Positions 1 through 8,879 of a stretch of 64,000 bases of DNA are shown here, piece after piece. Position numbers and translations under genes: made by a program. How positions within the stretch are numbered: position 1 is the first letter of the stretch; every line of letters starts with the position of its first letter. The DNA lies in assembly GCA_021324295.1 (NCBI GenBank), contig JAJPJJ010000082.1, forward strand, positions 13,092 through 77,091, given 5' to 3'. A model generated the notes under the pieces. That model was not told the origin of the DNA, made no database searches, and was given only the letters and a program-made list of their open reading frames with translations. This DNA comes from Bacillota bacterium (GTDB lineage: Bacteria; Sysuimicrobiota; Sysuimicrobiia; Sysuimicrobiales; Segetimicrobiaceae).

Positions 1-710
1 GGGAACAGGTGAAGCTCGGCGCCGACCACATCAAGGTCATCGCCAACGAGAGGACCCCCCAGTACACGGTCGACGAGCTGCGAGCGGCGGCCGACGAGGC
101 GCACCGGCTCGGCCGCCGCATCACGGCGCACGCTTCGATCCGGGAGGCGATCCGCAACGTGGTCGAGGCAGGCTTCGATTCAATCGAGCACGGCGGGCCG
201 GTCGACGACGACGTCCTGGCGCAGATGGTCGAGCGCCGGATCATGGTCGTGCCGACGTTCTCTCCCCGTCTCCTGCAGACCGAGCGCGGGCCGGCGCGCG
301 GGATGCCCGCGGAGGTGGCGGCCGCGCGGAGGAGGCAGGCCGAGCAGAGCCCTCCGGGCGCATTCCTGCGGCGCATGCGTGAGGCAGGGGTGAAGTTTGC
401 CTTTGGGACCGACGCGGGCAGCCCGTGCGTGCCGCACGACGAGATCATGGCGGAGATGGAGGCGCTGCTCCGGTACGAGGCCGTCACCACGCCCCTGGAT
501 GTGATCCAGATGCTGACGATCCACAGCGCGGAGCTGCGCGGCGATGCCGACCGTCTAGGGACCGTGGAGGAGGGCAAGCTCGCCGATCTGGTGGTCGTCG
601 ACGGCAACCCGCTCACGGATGTCCGCGTCCTCGGGAAGGTGCGGCACGTCTTCGTCGACGGGGAGCACCTCGTCGAGGACGGGGAGCTGCGGGACTGGTA
701 TCCCTGGTGA
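1..710 (+). CDS. Metal-dependent amidohydrolase family protein, 5'-truncated at the window edge
   Basis: The frame is open from the window start. The C-terminal region (…SIEHGGPVDDDVLAQM…GTDAGSPCVPH…LADLVVVDGNPL…) resembles imidazolonepropionase/amidohydrolase-superfamily enzymes. Confidence 0.7.
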   Translation, partial: EQVKLGADHIKVIANERTPQYTVDELRAAADEAHRLGRRITAHASIREAIRNVVEAGFDSIEHGGPVDDDVLAQMVERRIMVVPTFSPRLLQTERGPARGMPAEVAAARRRQAEQSPPGAFLRRMREAGVKFAFGTDAGSPCVPHDEIMAEMEALLRYEAVTTPLDVIQMLTIHSAELRGDADRLGTVEEGKLADLVVVDGNPLTDVRVLGKVRHVFVDGEHLVEDGELRDWYPW

Positions 711-728
711 CGCACGAAGGAGACCTCG

Positions 729-2150
729 ATGGAGACGCGCGGGGACAAGTTCGTCGGAATCCAGATCAGCCCGATCAGCTTCATCGACGAGGACGTGGCG
801 CCGCTGCTCGACATGCTGAAGGAGCGGTTCGGGATCAACGTGCTCCTGATCGGCACGATCTCCTGGCTGGGACTGAAAGTCGGCCGGCGGATCTCCTGGC
901 AGCTCGACGGGTGGCCCGACCACGGCGCCCGCGACCCGCGGCCGCTGAAGGGCGGCTCCTATATCGCCGAGCACCCGGAGTACTACGGGAACACGTTCAT
1001 CAAGCACGTGCGGGCGCAGGACGAGGAGCTGCGAGATGTCGATATCCTGGCGCTCGTCATCCCTGAGGCGCGCCGGCGGGGCATGCAGGTCTACCCGGAG
1101 GTGATGGAACCGCTCTTTCACTACGAAGGCCACGGCTCGGCCAACGTCGTGGCCATCCCCAACCTGCCGCAGACGCTCGAAATCGACGTGTTCAACCGGG
1201 TCGGGAGCGCTCCGTGCATCAACCACCCCGATTACCGGACGTGGTGGCACTCGATCATCGAGGACTACTGCCGGAGCTACGATATCAACGGCGTGATGTG
1301 GTGCAACGAGCGGCGGAGCCCGCTCGATGTGCTCCTCAGCGGCGGTGTGCCCCACTGCTTCTGCGAACACTGCCGCCAGTTGGCGGCCCGACGCGGCATC
1401 GACGTCGAGCGCGTCCAGCGCGCGTTCCGGGATGCGTACGGCTACGTGGAGGCGGTGCGCTCGGGCGCCGAGCTCCTCGACGGCGCCCTCGTCGAGTTCC
1501 TGCGGGTCCTGTACTACAACCCCGAGATCCTGGTCTGGGAGCGTTTTTGGGTGGAGCGGGACAAGGACCTCGATCGCGAGCTGTACGGCATCGTGAAGTG
1601 GTGCAATCCGGCGCTCAAGTTCGGGCTCAACGTGTGGAACCGCAACCACCTGAACCCGCTCCGCAAGGCCCAGTGGCCGTGGGCAGAGATGACGCGGTGG
1701 TGCGACTGGGTCAAGCCGATTACCTACCAGCATCAAGCGGGGGGAGTGTACGTCAACGAGATGACCCAGTGGCACCGGTCGATCCTGCGCGATGTGACGC
1801 CCCAAGCGATGACCCCGTTGATGTACCGCTTCCTCGGTCTCGACGAGGCTCCCTGGGATGAGGTCGTTCAGCGGGGGTTCGATCCGGATACCTACGTCTA
1901 CGGGCAGTGCCTGTCCACGGTGCGCGCGGTGAACGGGAAGGTCGACGTGTACATGGGCATCGGCGTCGATGCGCCGCGCACCCACAAGGACCAAGCGCGG
2001 TGCACGCCCGAGATCGTCCGTCGCAGCGTGCTCGCAACCTACCGAGCCGGCGGGAAGGGGGTCGTTTTCTCGCCGAACTATGCTGGCATGAACCTCTCCA
2101 CGTTGGACGGCGCCGCGGCGGCGCTCGCCGAGCTCGGCCTGCTCGAGTAG
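729..2150 (+). CDS. Hypothetical protein (473 aa), possibly a TIM-barrel glycoside-hydrolase-like fold, with a Cys/His cluster HCFCEHC
   Basis: Long ORF with strong GC3 bias. It starts 19 nt after the previous stop. I recognise no family with confidence. Confidence 0.6.
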   Translation: METRGDKFVGIQISPISFIDEDVAPLLDMLKERFGINVLLIGTISWLGLKVGRRISWQLDGWPDHGARDPRPLKGGSYIAEHPEYYGNTFIKHVRAQDEELRDVDILALVIPEARRRGMQVYPEVMEPLFHYEGHGSANVVAIPNLPQTLEIDVFNRVGSAPCINHPDYRTWWHSIIEDYCRSYDINGVMWCNERRSPLDVLLSGGVPHCFCEHCRQLAARRGIDVERVQRAFRDAYGYVEAVRSGAELLDGALVEFLRVLYYNPEILVWERFWVERDKDLDRELYGIVKWCNPALKFGLNVWNRNHLNPLRKAQWPWAEMTRWCDWVKPITYQHQAGGVYVNEMTQWHRSILRDVTPQAMTPLMYRFLGLDEAPWDEVVQRGFDPDTYVYGQCLSTVRAVNGKVDVYMGIGVDAPRTHKDQARCTPEIVRRSVLATYRAGGKGVVFSPNYAGMNLSTLDGAAAALAELGLLE

Positions 2151-2264
2151 CGCGGCTGGCCGGACGGGGCAGCGGCGCTCGGCTCGGGACACAGGCGATG
2201 ACCGGCGCGGCCGGCGGGAGGTCGGGACGCAGGGAGACGCTGGGCACACGACGGGGGTGAGCGG

Positions 2265-3896
2265 ATGAGCAAGATGAGGGACGGGAGGCTCTCGCGGCGG
2301 TCACTTCTCGGGGGCGCCGCCGCGGCGGCACTGGCGGGCAGCGCGCTCTCGGAGCTGGTCTCGGAGGCGTCGGCCCAGGGACGCGCCGACGCCGCGGTGA
2401 CGTGGGGCGAGGACCAGGACTACGCGACGCTCGACCCCCGGGTGACCCAATCGCGCCACGAGGCGCAGGCGATCATGCAGATGTTCGAGAGCCTGCTGTT
2501 CCTCGATACCGATGGGAAGTTCTACCCGTGGCTCGCGCAGCGGTGGGAGTACTCCAAGGACGGCAAGAGCATCATGTTCGTCCTGCGGCGCGACGTCAAG
2601 TTCCACGACGGGACCCCGTTCAACGCGGAGGCGGTGAAGTTTACGTTCGATACGATCGTCGATCCCAAGCTGGGCTCCCAGGGCGCGATCGACTTCCTGG
2701 GACCCTACAAGTCCACCGATGTGCTCGGCCCCTACACCGTGCGCGTGAACTGGACGGAGCCGTTTGCGGCGGCGCTGACCAACCTGAGCAACCCGTGGCT
2801 CCTCAGCATCGTGTCCCCGACGGCGGTCCGCAGGCTGGGCAACGATGGGTTCGCCCGGAATCCCGTCGGCACGGGGCCGTTCAAGTTCGTCGAGTGGGTC
2901 CCGCGCGTTCGCGTCGTGATGGAGCGCAACGAGGAGTACCGGTGGGCACCCCGGGTGTTCAGGCGCCAGGGCCCCGCGGCCCTCAGGCGCCTCGTGATCC
3001 GCATCATCCCCGATGCGACGACACGGGTTGCCGCTCTCGAGAAGGGCGAGATCGACGTCTGCGATCAGGTACCGCCGATCGAGGTCCGGCGGTTCCAGGG
3101 GAGCCGCGACTTCGACGTAATGGTCGGGGACGTCTCCGGCATTCCCCTGTCACACCTCATCAACACCCAGGCGCCGCCCACGAACGACCTGCGCGTCCGG
3201 CAGGCATACATGTACGCGATCAACCGCCCGCAGGTGGTGCAGCAGGTCTTCTTCGGAGTGGCGAAGCCGGCGTACGGGCCGATCACGCCGACGACGCCCG
3301 GCTACTGGCCGGGGGTGGAGAAGATGTACCCCTACGATCCCGCCAAGGCGCGGCAGCTGCTGGACGAGGCCGGGTGGAAAGTGGGATCGGGCGGCATCCG
3401 TGAGAAGAATGGGCGACCGCTCGAGATTCACTTCATCACGCTCTTGGAGCCGGACCTCGAAGTCGCCGTGCAGGCGGCGGCGAAGGAGGTCGGGATCAAG
3501 CTGAACGTCGAGACCGTGACCAAGGCCAAGCAGGACGAGATGGTGATGCACGCCCAGTACAACATCGGTGAGATCCGGTGGGTGGCGGTCGACCCGAGCG
3601 TCCTCGACATCCCGTTCTTCTCCCGCAACATCCCGGCTCCGGGGAAGTTCAAGTTCAACTGGTCGCGGTACGGCTCGCCCGAGCTCGACCGCCTGCTCCG
3701 CCAGGCCGACGGCCAAGTGGACGTGAAGCAGCGGCAGCAGACGCTGGCGCAAATCCAGAAGTACGTCCTGGACCGCGCGCTGATGTTTCCGGTACACGTG
3801 AGCGCCCAGCCGATCGGGTTCCGGCGGATCGTGCGGAACCTGAAGTTCGCACAGGGGTATTGGCAGGTGCTGTTCTACGAGGCGACGGTCTCCTAG
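2265..3896 (+). CDS. ABC transporter substrate-binding protein, family 5 (peptide/nickel DppA/OppA-like), Tat-type signal
   Basis: N-terminal SRRSLLGGAAAAALAGSA signal. Family-5 solute-binding motifs throughout (…MFESLLFLDTDGKFYPWLAQ…). Confidence 0.85.
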   Translation: MSKMRDGRLSRRSLLGGAAAAALAGSALSELVSEASAQGRADAAVTWGEDQDYATLDPRVTQSRHEAQAIMQMFESLLFLDTDGKFYPWLAQRWEYSKDGKSIMFVLRRDVKFHDGTPFNAEAVKFTFDTIVDPKLGSQGAIDFLGPYKSTDVLGPYTVRVNWTEPFAAALTNLSNPWLLSIVSPTAVRRLGNDGFARNPVGTGPFKFVEWVPRVRVVMERNEEYRWAPRVFRRQGPAALRRLVIRIIPDATTRVAALEKGEIDVCDQVPPIEVRRFQGSRDFDVMVGDVSGIPLSHLINTQAPPTNDLRVRQAYMYAINRPQVVQQVFFGVAKPAYGPITPTTPGYWPGVEKMYPYDPAKARQLLDEAGWKVGSGGIREKNGRPLEIHFITLLEPDLEVAVQAAAKEVGIKLNVETVTKAKQDEMVMHAQYNIGEIRWVAVDPSVLDIPFFSRNIPAPGKFKFNWSRYGSPELDRLLRQADGQVDVKQRQQTLAQIQKYVLDRALMFPVHVSAQPIGFRRIVRNLKFAQGYWQVLFYEATVS

Positions 3897-3934
3897 GACG
3901 GGATCCGCGACACCCGGGGACATCCGCCCGCCTG

Positions 3935-4855
3935 ATGCTCAGGTACCTTGCGCGCAAGCTCCTCTGGACCGCCCCGGTGCTGTTCGCCGCGACGACCTGC
4001 GCGTTTCTCGTGCTGCACCTCATCCCCGGCGATCCGGTGAACCTGATGCTGTCCGGCCGGCCCGCGTCGGAGAAGGTCCGCGAGAACCTGCGTGCCAAGC
4101 TGGGGCTCAACCGCCCGCTGCCGGAGCAGTACGCGCACTTCGTCCTGCACGCGGCCCGAGGCGACTTCGGGCAGTCGTTCGCGACCGGCCAGCCGGTGAG
4201 CCAGGTCATCGCCCAGCAGCTCCCGGCGAGCCTCCAGCTCGCCGGGAGCGGCTTTCTGATCGGGGTCGCGGGCGGGCTGCTGCTCGGCATCGCCGCCGGG
4301 CTGTACCCCAACACGGTGATCGACGGCATCGCGATGTTCATCGCGCTCGTCGGCATCTCGATGCCGGGGTACTGGACCGCGATGCTGCTCATCTACGTCT
4401 TCGGGTTGAGGCTCGGGTGGGTGCCGATCGTCGGTAGCGGGCTCCCGGTGCTGATCCTCCCCTCGATCGTCTTCGGGTCCTACGCGATCGGCAACCTGGC
4501 GCGCCTGGTTCGCTCGAGCATCATCGACGTGCGGGGCGAGGACTACATCCGCACGGCGCGCGCGAAGGGGCTGCCCGAGCGGCGGGTCGTGCTGCGCCAC
4601 GCGCTGCGGAACGCGCTGTTTCCCGTGGTCGCGATGATGGGCCTGCTCCTCGGGTTGTTCATCGGGGGCGGCGTCATCACCGAGACCGTGTTCGCCCGCC
4701 AGGGGGTCGGCGCCCTGCTCGTGACCTCGATCCTCACCAAGGACTATCCGGTCGTCCAGGCGCTGATCCTGCTGACGACGGCCGCGTACGTCTTCGCGAA
4801 CGTCCTCGTGGATCTGCTGTACGGCGTCCTCGATCCGCGTGTGCGGTATGGTTAG
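3935..4855 (+). CDS. ABC transporter permease (DppB/OppB-like)
   Basis: MLRYLARKLLWTAPVLF… N-terminus typical of DppB. EAA-like loop …YIRTARAKGLPERRVVLRHALRNAL…. The start ATG was chosen downstream of the SBP stop. Confidence 0.85.
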   Translation: MLRYLARKLLWTAPVLFAATTCAFLVLHLIPGDPVNLMLSGRPASEKVRENLRAKLGLNRPLPEQYAHFVLHAARGDFGQSFATGQPVSQVIAQQLPASLQLAGSGFLIGVAGGLLLGIAAGLYPNTVIDGIAMFIALVGISMPGYWTAMLLIYVFGLRLGWVPIVGSGLPVLILPSIVFGSYAIGNLARLVRSSIIDVRGEDYIRTARAKGLPERRVVLRHALRNALFPVVAMMGLLLGLFIGGGVITETVFARQGVGALLVTSILTKDYPVVQALILLTTAAYVFANVLVDLLYGVLDPRVRYG

Positions 4856-5738
4856 AGAGCCGGTCGCCGTGCCGGCCCACCTGGCCGGCGCGCCCCCGCG
4901 CCGCATCCTGGCGCGGCTGGCCCGCACCCGCCGCTACCCGATCGCGACGCTGGCCGCGCTCGTGCTGCTGCTCATCGCTGTGGCCGCGGTCCTGGCGCCG
5001 GCCGTGAGCCCGTACGACCCATCGGCGATGGCGACCGGGCCCCCACTCGCTCCCCCCGGCGCCACGCACCCGTTCGGGACGGACCGGTACGGCCGCGATG
5101 TGCTCAGCCGGATCGTCTACGGCGCTCGCATCTCGATGCCGGTCGGGCTGCTCGCGGTGTCGTTCTCCGCGGTGCTCGGGTCGTTCCTCGGTCTGGCGAC
5201 GGGCTTCCTCGGGGGCCGGGTGGATGCGATCGGCTCCGGGGCGATCGATATCATGCTCGGGTTCCCACCGATCATGCTCGCGCTGCTGATCATCGCGGTG
5301 CTCGGGGTTGGTCTCCAGAACGTCGTGATCGCCGTCGGCGTGGGCGGCATCCCGCGGTTCGCCCGGATCGTCCGCGGGACGGCGATCTCGATTCGCGAGA
5401 ACGTGTACGTCGAGGCCGGGCGGGCGCTCGGCGCGAGCACGGGACGGCTGATCCTGCGGCATGTGCTGCCCAACGCGTTCCCGCCGATCGTCGTGCTGGC
5501 GACGCTGTACATCGGCTCGGCGATCCTCGACACGTCCTCGCTCGGCTTCCTCGGGCTGGGGGTTCAGCCGCCGACGCCGGAGTGGGGCACGATGCTGAGC
5601 GAGGGCCGGGAGTTCATGCGGTACGCGCCGTGGCTCATGTTCTTCCCGGGGATGATGGTGTTCGTGACCGTCGTCGCGATCAACCTCGTGGGGGACCACC
5701 TGCGCACCGCGCTGGACCCGCGCCTGCGGGCCCGGTAG
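4848..5738 (+). CDS. ABC transporter permease (DppC/OppC-like)
   Basis: …PFGTDRYGRDVLSRIVYGARIS… DppC signature. Overlaps the previous gene (ATG 4848, alternative GTG 4839). Confidence 0.85.
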   Translation: MVREPVAVPAHLAGAPPRRILARLARTRRYPIATLAALVLLLIAVAAVLAPAVSPYDPSAMATGPPLAPPGATHPFGTDRYGRDVLSRIVYGARISMPVGLLAVSFSAVLGSFLGLATGFLGGRVDAIGSGAIDIMLGFPPIMLALLIIAVLGVGLQNVVIAVGVGGIPRFARIVRGTAISIRENVYVEAGRALGASTGRLILRHVLPNAFPPIVVLATLYIGSAILDTSSLGFLGLGVQPPTPEWGTMLSEGREFMRYAPWLMFFPGMMVFVTVVAINLVGDHLRTALDPRLRAR

Positions 5739-5787
5739 CCGGCGCTGCTTGGGCCGGGGCGCGACACGGCGAGAAGGGGGGGCGCGT

Positions 5788-6882
5788 GTGAGCGAGCCGG
5801 AAGGTCATGCGCGCGTCGCGGGCGCGATGGGGCGCTACGCGATCGAACCGCTGCGGGCGTTCGGCCGGGCGGTGCTCGCGGCGCACGGCGCGACGGCCGA
5901 GGAAGCCGAGATCGTCGCCGACTGCCTCGTCGATGCGCAGCTCCGGACCGCGCCGTTCCAGAACCAGGGCCTGATCCGCCTCGCGATCTACGCCCGCCGC
6001 ATTCGTGAGGGCGGGCTCCGGCCCAACGCGGCGATCACGGTCGCTCGGGAGAGCCCGTCGGCGGCGCTCCTGGACGGAGGCAACGCGTTCGGGCAGGTCG
6101 TGGCGCACCGGGCCATGACGCTCGCGATCGCCAAGGCCCGCGCCACGGGCGTGGGGGCCGTGGCCGCGCGCAACAGCAACCACTTCGGAACGGCCTCGTA
6201 CTTCACGTTGATGGCGGCGCGGGCGGGCCTCGTCGGGCTCGCGTTCACCAACGCGAGCCCCGAGATGCCGCCGTGGGGCGGCGCGGTGGCGCTCGTCGGC
6301 ACCAACCCGTGGAGCATCGCCGTGCCGTGTCCTCGGGGACGTCCCGTTGTTCTCGATCTCTCCAATGCGACGTCGGGCAAGGGCGTGATCCGTCGCTTCG
6401 CCGCGCTGGGCCGGCCGCTGCCGCCCGACTGGGCGACGGACGCCCAGGGCCGCCCGGTCACGGACCCCGGCGCCGCGGCGGACGCCCTGCTGGTTCCCAT
6501 CGGCGGCTACAAGGGCTACGGGATCGCCCTCATGGTGGACCTGCTGACGGGCGGGCTCGCCGGCGGAGCGGTCGGCTCCGCCGTCGGATCCCCGTACCAG
6601 TTCGGGCGCCCGCAGGGCGTGAGCCACCTCACGATGGCCCTGGACCCGGGGGCGTTCGGCGGCACGGACGCCCTGGCTGCGGCGGTCGACGCGCTTGCCC
6701 GTGAGGTGCGCGGCGCACCGCGGCAGCCCGGGGTCGACGTGATCTGCCTCCCGGGCGATCCGGAGTGGGAGCGCGAGCAGATCGCGCGCGAGCGCGGCGT
6801 GGAGCTGCCCGGCGAGACCGCCGCGCGGCTACGCGCGCTCGGCGGCGAGGTCGGCGTCCCGTTCCCCGAGCCCGCGCCATGA
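5788..6882 (+). CDS. Ldh_2 family dehydrogenase (malate/L-sulfolactate/ureidoglycolate dehydrogenase or Pyr2C/Pip2C reductase family)
   Basis: …LRAFGRAVLAAHGATAEEAEIVADCLVDAQLRTAPFQNQGL… typical Ldh_2 N-terminus. GTG 5788 is preceded by SD gaaggggggg (alternative ATG 5827). Confidence 0.8.
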   Translation: MSEPEGHARVAGAMGRYAIEPLRAFGRAVLAAHGATAEEAEIVADCLVDAQLRTAPFQNQGLIRLAIYARRIREGGLRPNAAITVARESPSAALLDGGNAFGQVVAHRAMTLAIAKARATGVGAVAARNSNHFGTASYFTLMAARAGLVGLAFTNASPEMPPWGGAVALVGTNPWSIAVPCPRGRPVVLDLSNATSGKGVIRRFAALGRPLPPDWATDAQGRPVTDPGAAADALLVPIGGYKGYGIALMVDLLTGGLAGGAVGSAVGSPYQFGRPQGVSHLTMALDPGAFGGTDALAAAVDALAREVRGAPRQPGVDVICLPGDPEWEREQIARERGVELPGETAARLRALGGEVGVPFPEPAP

Positions 6883-7868
6883 TCGTGCTCGTCACCGGTG
6901 CCGCCGGTTTCGTCGGCGCTCACCTCGTGCGGGAGCTCGCCGGGGCGGGCCACACGGTGGTGGGCCTGGACCTGAACCCCCCGGACCGGTACGTGAGGGC
7001 GTACCTCGGCGCGGCGTCGCAGCGCGTGCATTTTGTGCGCGCGGACCTCAGCGTGCGTGGGGCGCTCGCGGCGGCGGTCCCCGGTCCCCTCGACGCGGTC
7101 GTGCATGCGGCCGTCGTGACCTCGACGCCCGAGGTCGAGGCCCGCGATCCCGAGCGGGTCGTCGCGGTCAACCTGCTCGGGACGGTCGAGGCGCTGCGGC
7201 ACGCGCAGCGGGCGCGGCGCTTCATCTACGTGAGCTCCTCCGGCGTGTACGGGGAGACGGACCCCGCGGTGCCGGTGCCGGAGTCCCACCCGGTGCAGCT
7301 CACGAGCCTGTACGCGATGACCAAGTATGCGAGCGAGCAACTCGTCGCCGCGGCGAGGGACGGGCACGGCCTGGTCGCGGCGAACGTGCGCATCGCCGCC
7401 CCCTACGGGCCGATGGAGCGTCCGACCGGGGCCAGGACGGTGATGTCGGTGATCCACGCGCTCGTCCGGGCGGCCGTCGCTGGGGACGCGGTGCGGCTGG
7501 CAGGCGGGGATCGGACCCGCGACTGGACGCACGCGACGGACATCGCACGGGCGATCCGCCTGCTCCTGGAGGCGCCGGCGCTCGGCCATGTCTGCTACAA
7601 CGTGTCCTCCGGCGTCGCGGCGCCCCTCGCCCGGGTGGCCGACGCGCTCGCCCGCATCGCGCCGCCGTTCTCGTGGGAGCCGGCGCCGGCCGACCGGAGC
7701 ACCATCGATGGCACCCGTGTGCAGCGGCGCGGCCCGCTGGATATCGGGCGGATCCGGGCGCTGGGCTTCGCGCCCGGCTACAGCCTCGACGAGGGATTGG
7801 CAGAGACCATCACATGGGTCCGGCGCATCGAGGCCGGACGACCCGCAGACCGAGGGGGTGTTGGATGA
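6879..7868 (+). CDS. NAD-dependent epimerase/dehydratase (extended SDR)
   Basis: MIVLVTGAAGFVGAHLVREL… Rossmann motif. ATGA overlap with the upstream stop. Confidence 0.85.
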   Translation: MIVLVTGAAGFVGAHLVRELAGAGHTVVGLDLNPPDRYVRAYLGAASQRVHFVRADLSVRGALAAAVPGPLDAVVHAAVVTSTPEVEARDPERVVAVNLLGTVEALRHAQRARRFIYVSSSGVYGETDPAVPVPESHPVQLTSLYAMTKYASEQLVAAARDGHGLVAANVRIAAPYGPMERPTGARTVMSVIHALVRAAVAGDAVRLAGGDRTRDWTHATDIARAIRLLLEAPALGHVCYNVSSGVAAPLARVADALARIAPPFSWEPAPADRSTIDGTRVQRRGPLDIGRIRALGFAPGYSLDEGLAETITWVRRIEAGRPADRGGVG

Positions 7869-8854
7869 AGGGGGAGTGTGTCATCGGGACGGCCCGGGCG
7901 ATGCCGGGCGCGCGGGCGGTGGGGGCCATTCCGGTGGGCCGCCGCGCAGGCGGCGCGCCGATCGAGATCCCGCTGCTCCTGGTCAATGGTGCCGACGATG
8001 GCCCGGTGCTCTGGATCGACGGCGCGGTGCACGGCGACGAGCCGGAAGGGCCGCTCGCGGTGCTCCGCTTGGTGGAGCGACTCGATCCCGCGCGGCTCCG
8101 CGGCGCCGTCGTCGGCGTGCCGGTCGTGAACACCGGTGCCTTCGAGGCGAGCCAGCGCGGCAACCCCGCCGACCTGTTCACGTACGATCTCAACCGGATC
8201 TACCCGGGCCGGCCCGACGGCCACCTCACCGAGCGCGTAGCGTACGCGCACTACGCCACGCTCGTGGAGCACGCTGACATGGAGATCGCCGTCCACTCGG
8301 GCGGCGCGCACTCATACCTCGCATACGCCCAGTTCTTTACACCCACGCCCTCCGGGACGGAGCTGGCCCGGGCGATGGGGCCGCGGTGGGACCTCCTCCT
8401 GAAGTCGTTCAGCGATCGCGGCAGCCCGCAAGCCGCGATGAAGCAGCACGGCAAGCCCGCGATCACGGTCGAGCTCGGCGGCCTGTGCGATACCTTCCCG
8501 GGGCGGTTCCAGGCGAACGCGGACGCGCTCGTCGACGGCTTCCTGAACGTCATGCGCCACTACAAGATGATCGACGGCACGCCCGAATACGCGGCGCGGT
8601 GGATGGTGGGCCAGCAGAAAACCGTGGTGCTGGCGCCGGCGTCGGGCCTCTGGGTCCCCGAGCCGGGCGTGCTGCGTCAGCGCGTCCGGCAAGGCGACCG
8701 CCTGGCGCGAATCTACGGCCTCTCCGGCGAGGTCGCCGCAGAGGTGCGCGCGCCGTTCGATGGGATCCCGTTCGGCATGCGCACCAACCCGTCGGTGCAG
8801 CTCGGCGACTGGTGCGTGTTCTTCGGTGTGGTCGAGGAGGAGATCAGCGCGTGA
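7865..8854 (+). CDS. Succinylglutamate desuccinylase/aspartoacylase (AstE/AspA) family zinc deacylase
   Basis: …DGAVHGDEPEGPLAVLRLVERLDP… and …EIAVHSGG… zinc-ligand contexts characteristic of AstE/AspA (DoeB/EutE-like). ATGA overlap with the upstream stop. Confidence 0.8.
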   Translation: MKGECVIGTARAMPGARAVGAIPVGRRAGGAPIEIPLLLVNGADDGPVLWIDGAVHGDEPEGPLAVLRLVERLDPARLRGAVVGVPVVNTGAFEASQRGNPADLFTYDLNRIYPGRPDGHLTERVAYAHYATLVEHADMEIAVHSGGAHSYLAYAQFFTPTPSGTELARAMGPRWDLLLKSFSDRGSPQAAMKQHGKPAITVELGGLCDTFPGRFQANADALVDGFLNVMRHYKMIDGTPEYAARWMVGQQKTVVLAPASGLWVPEPGVLRQRVRQGDRLARIYGLSGEVAAEVRAPFDGIPFGMRTNPSVQLGDWCVFFGVVEEEISA

Positions 8855-8879
8855 TGGAGCGCGGACGCGAGGTGCCCGC

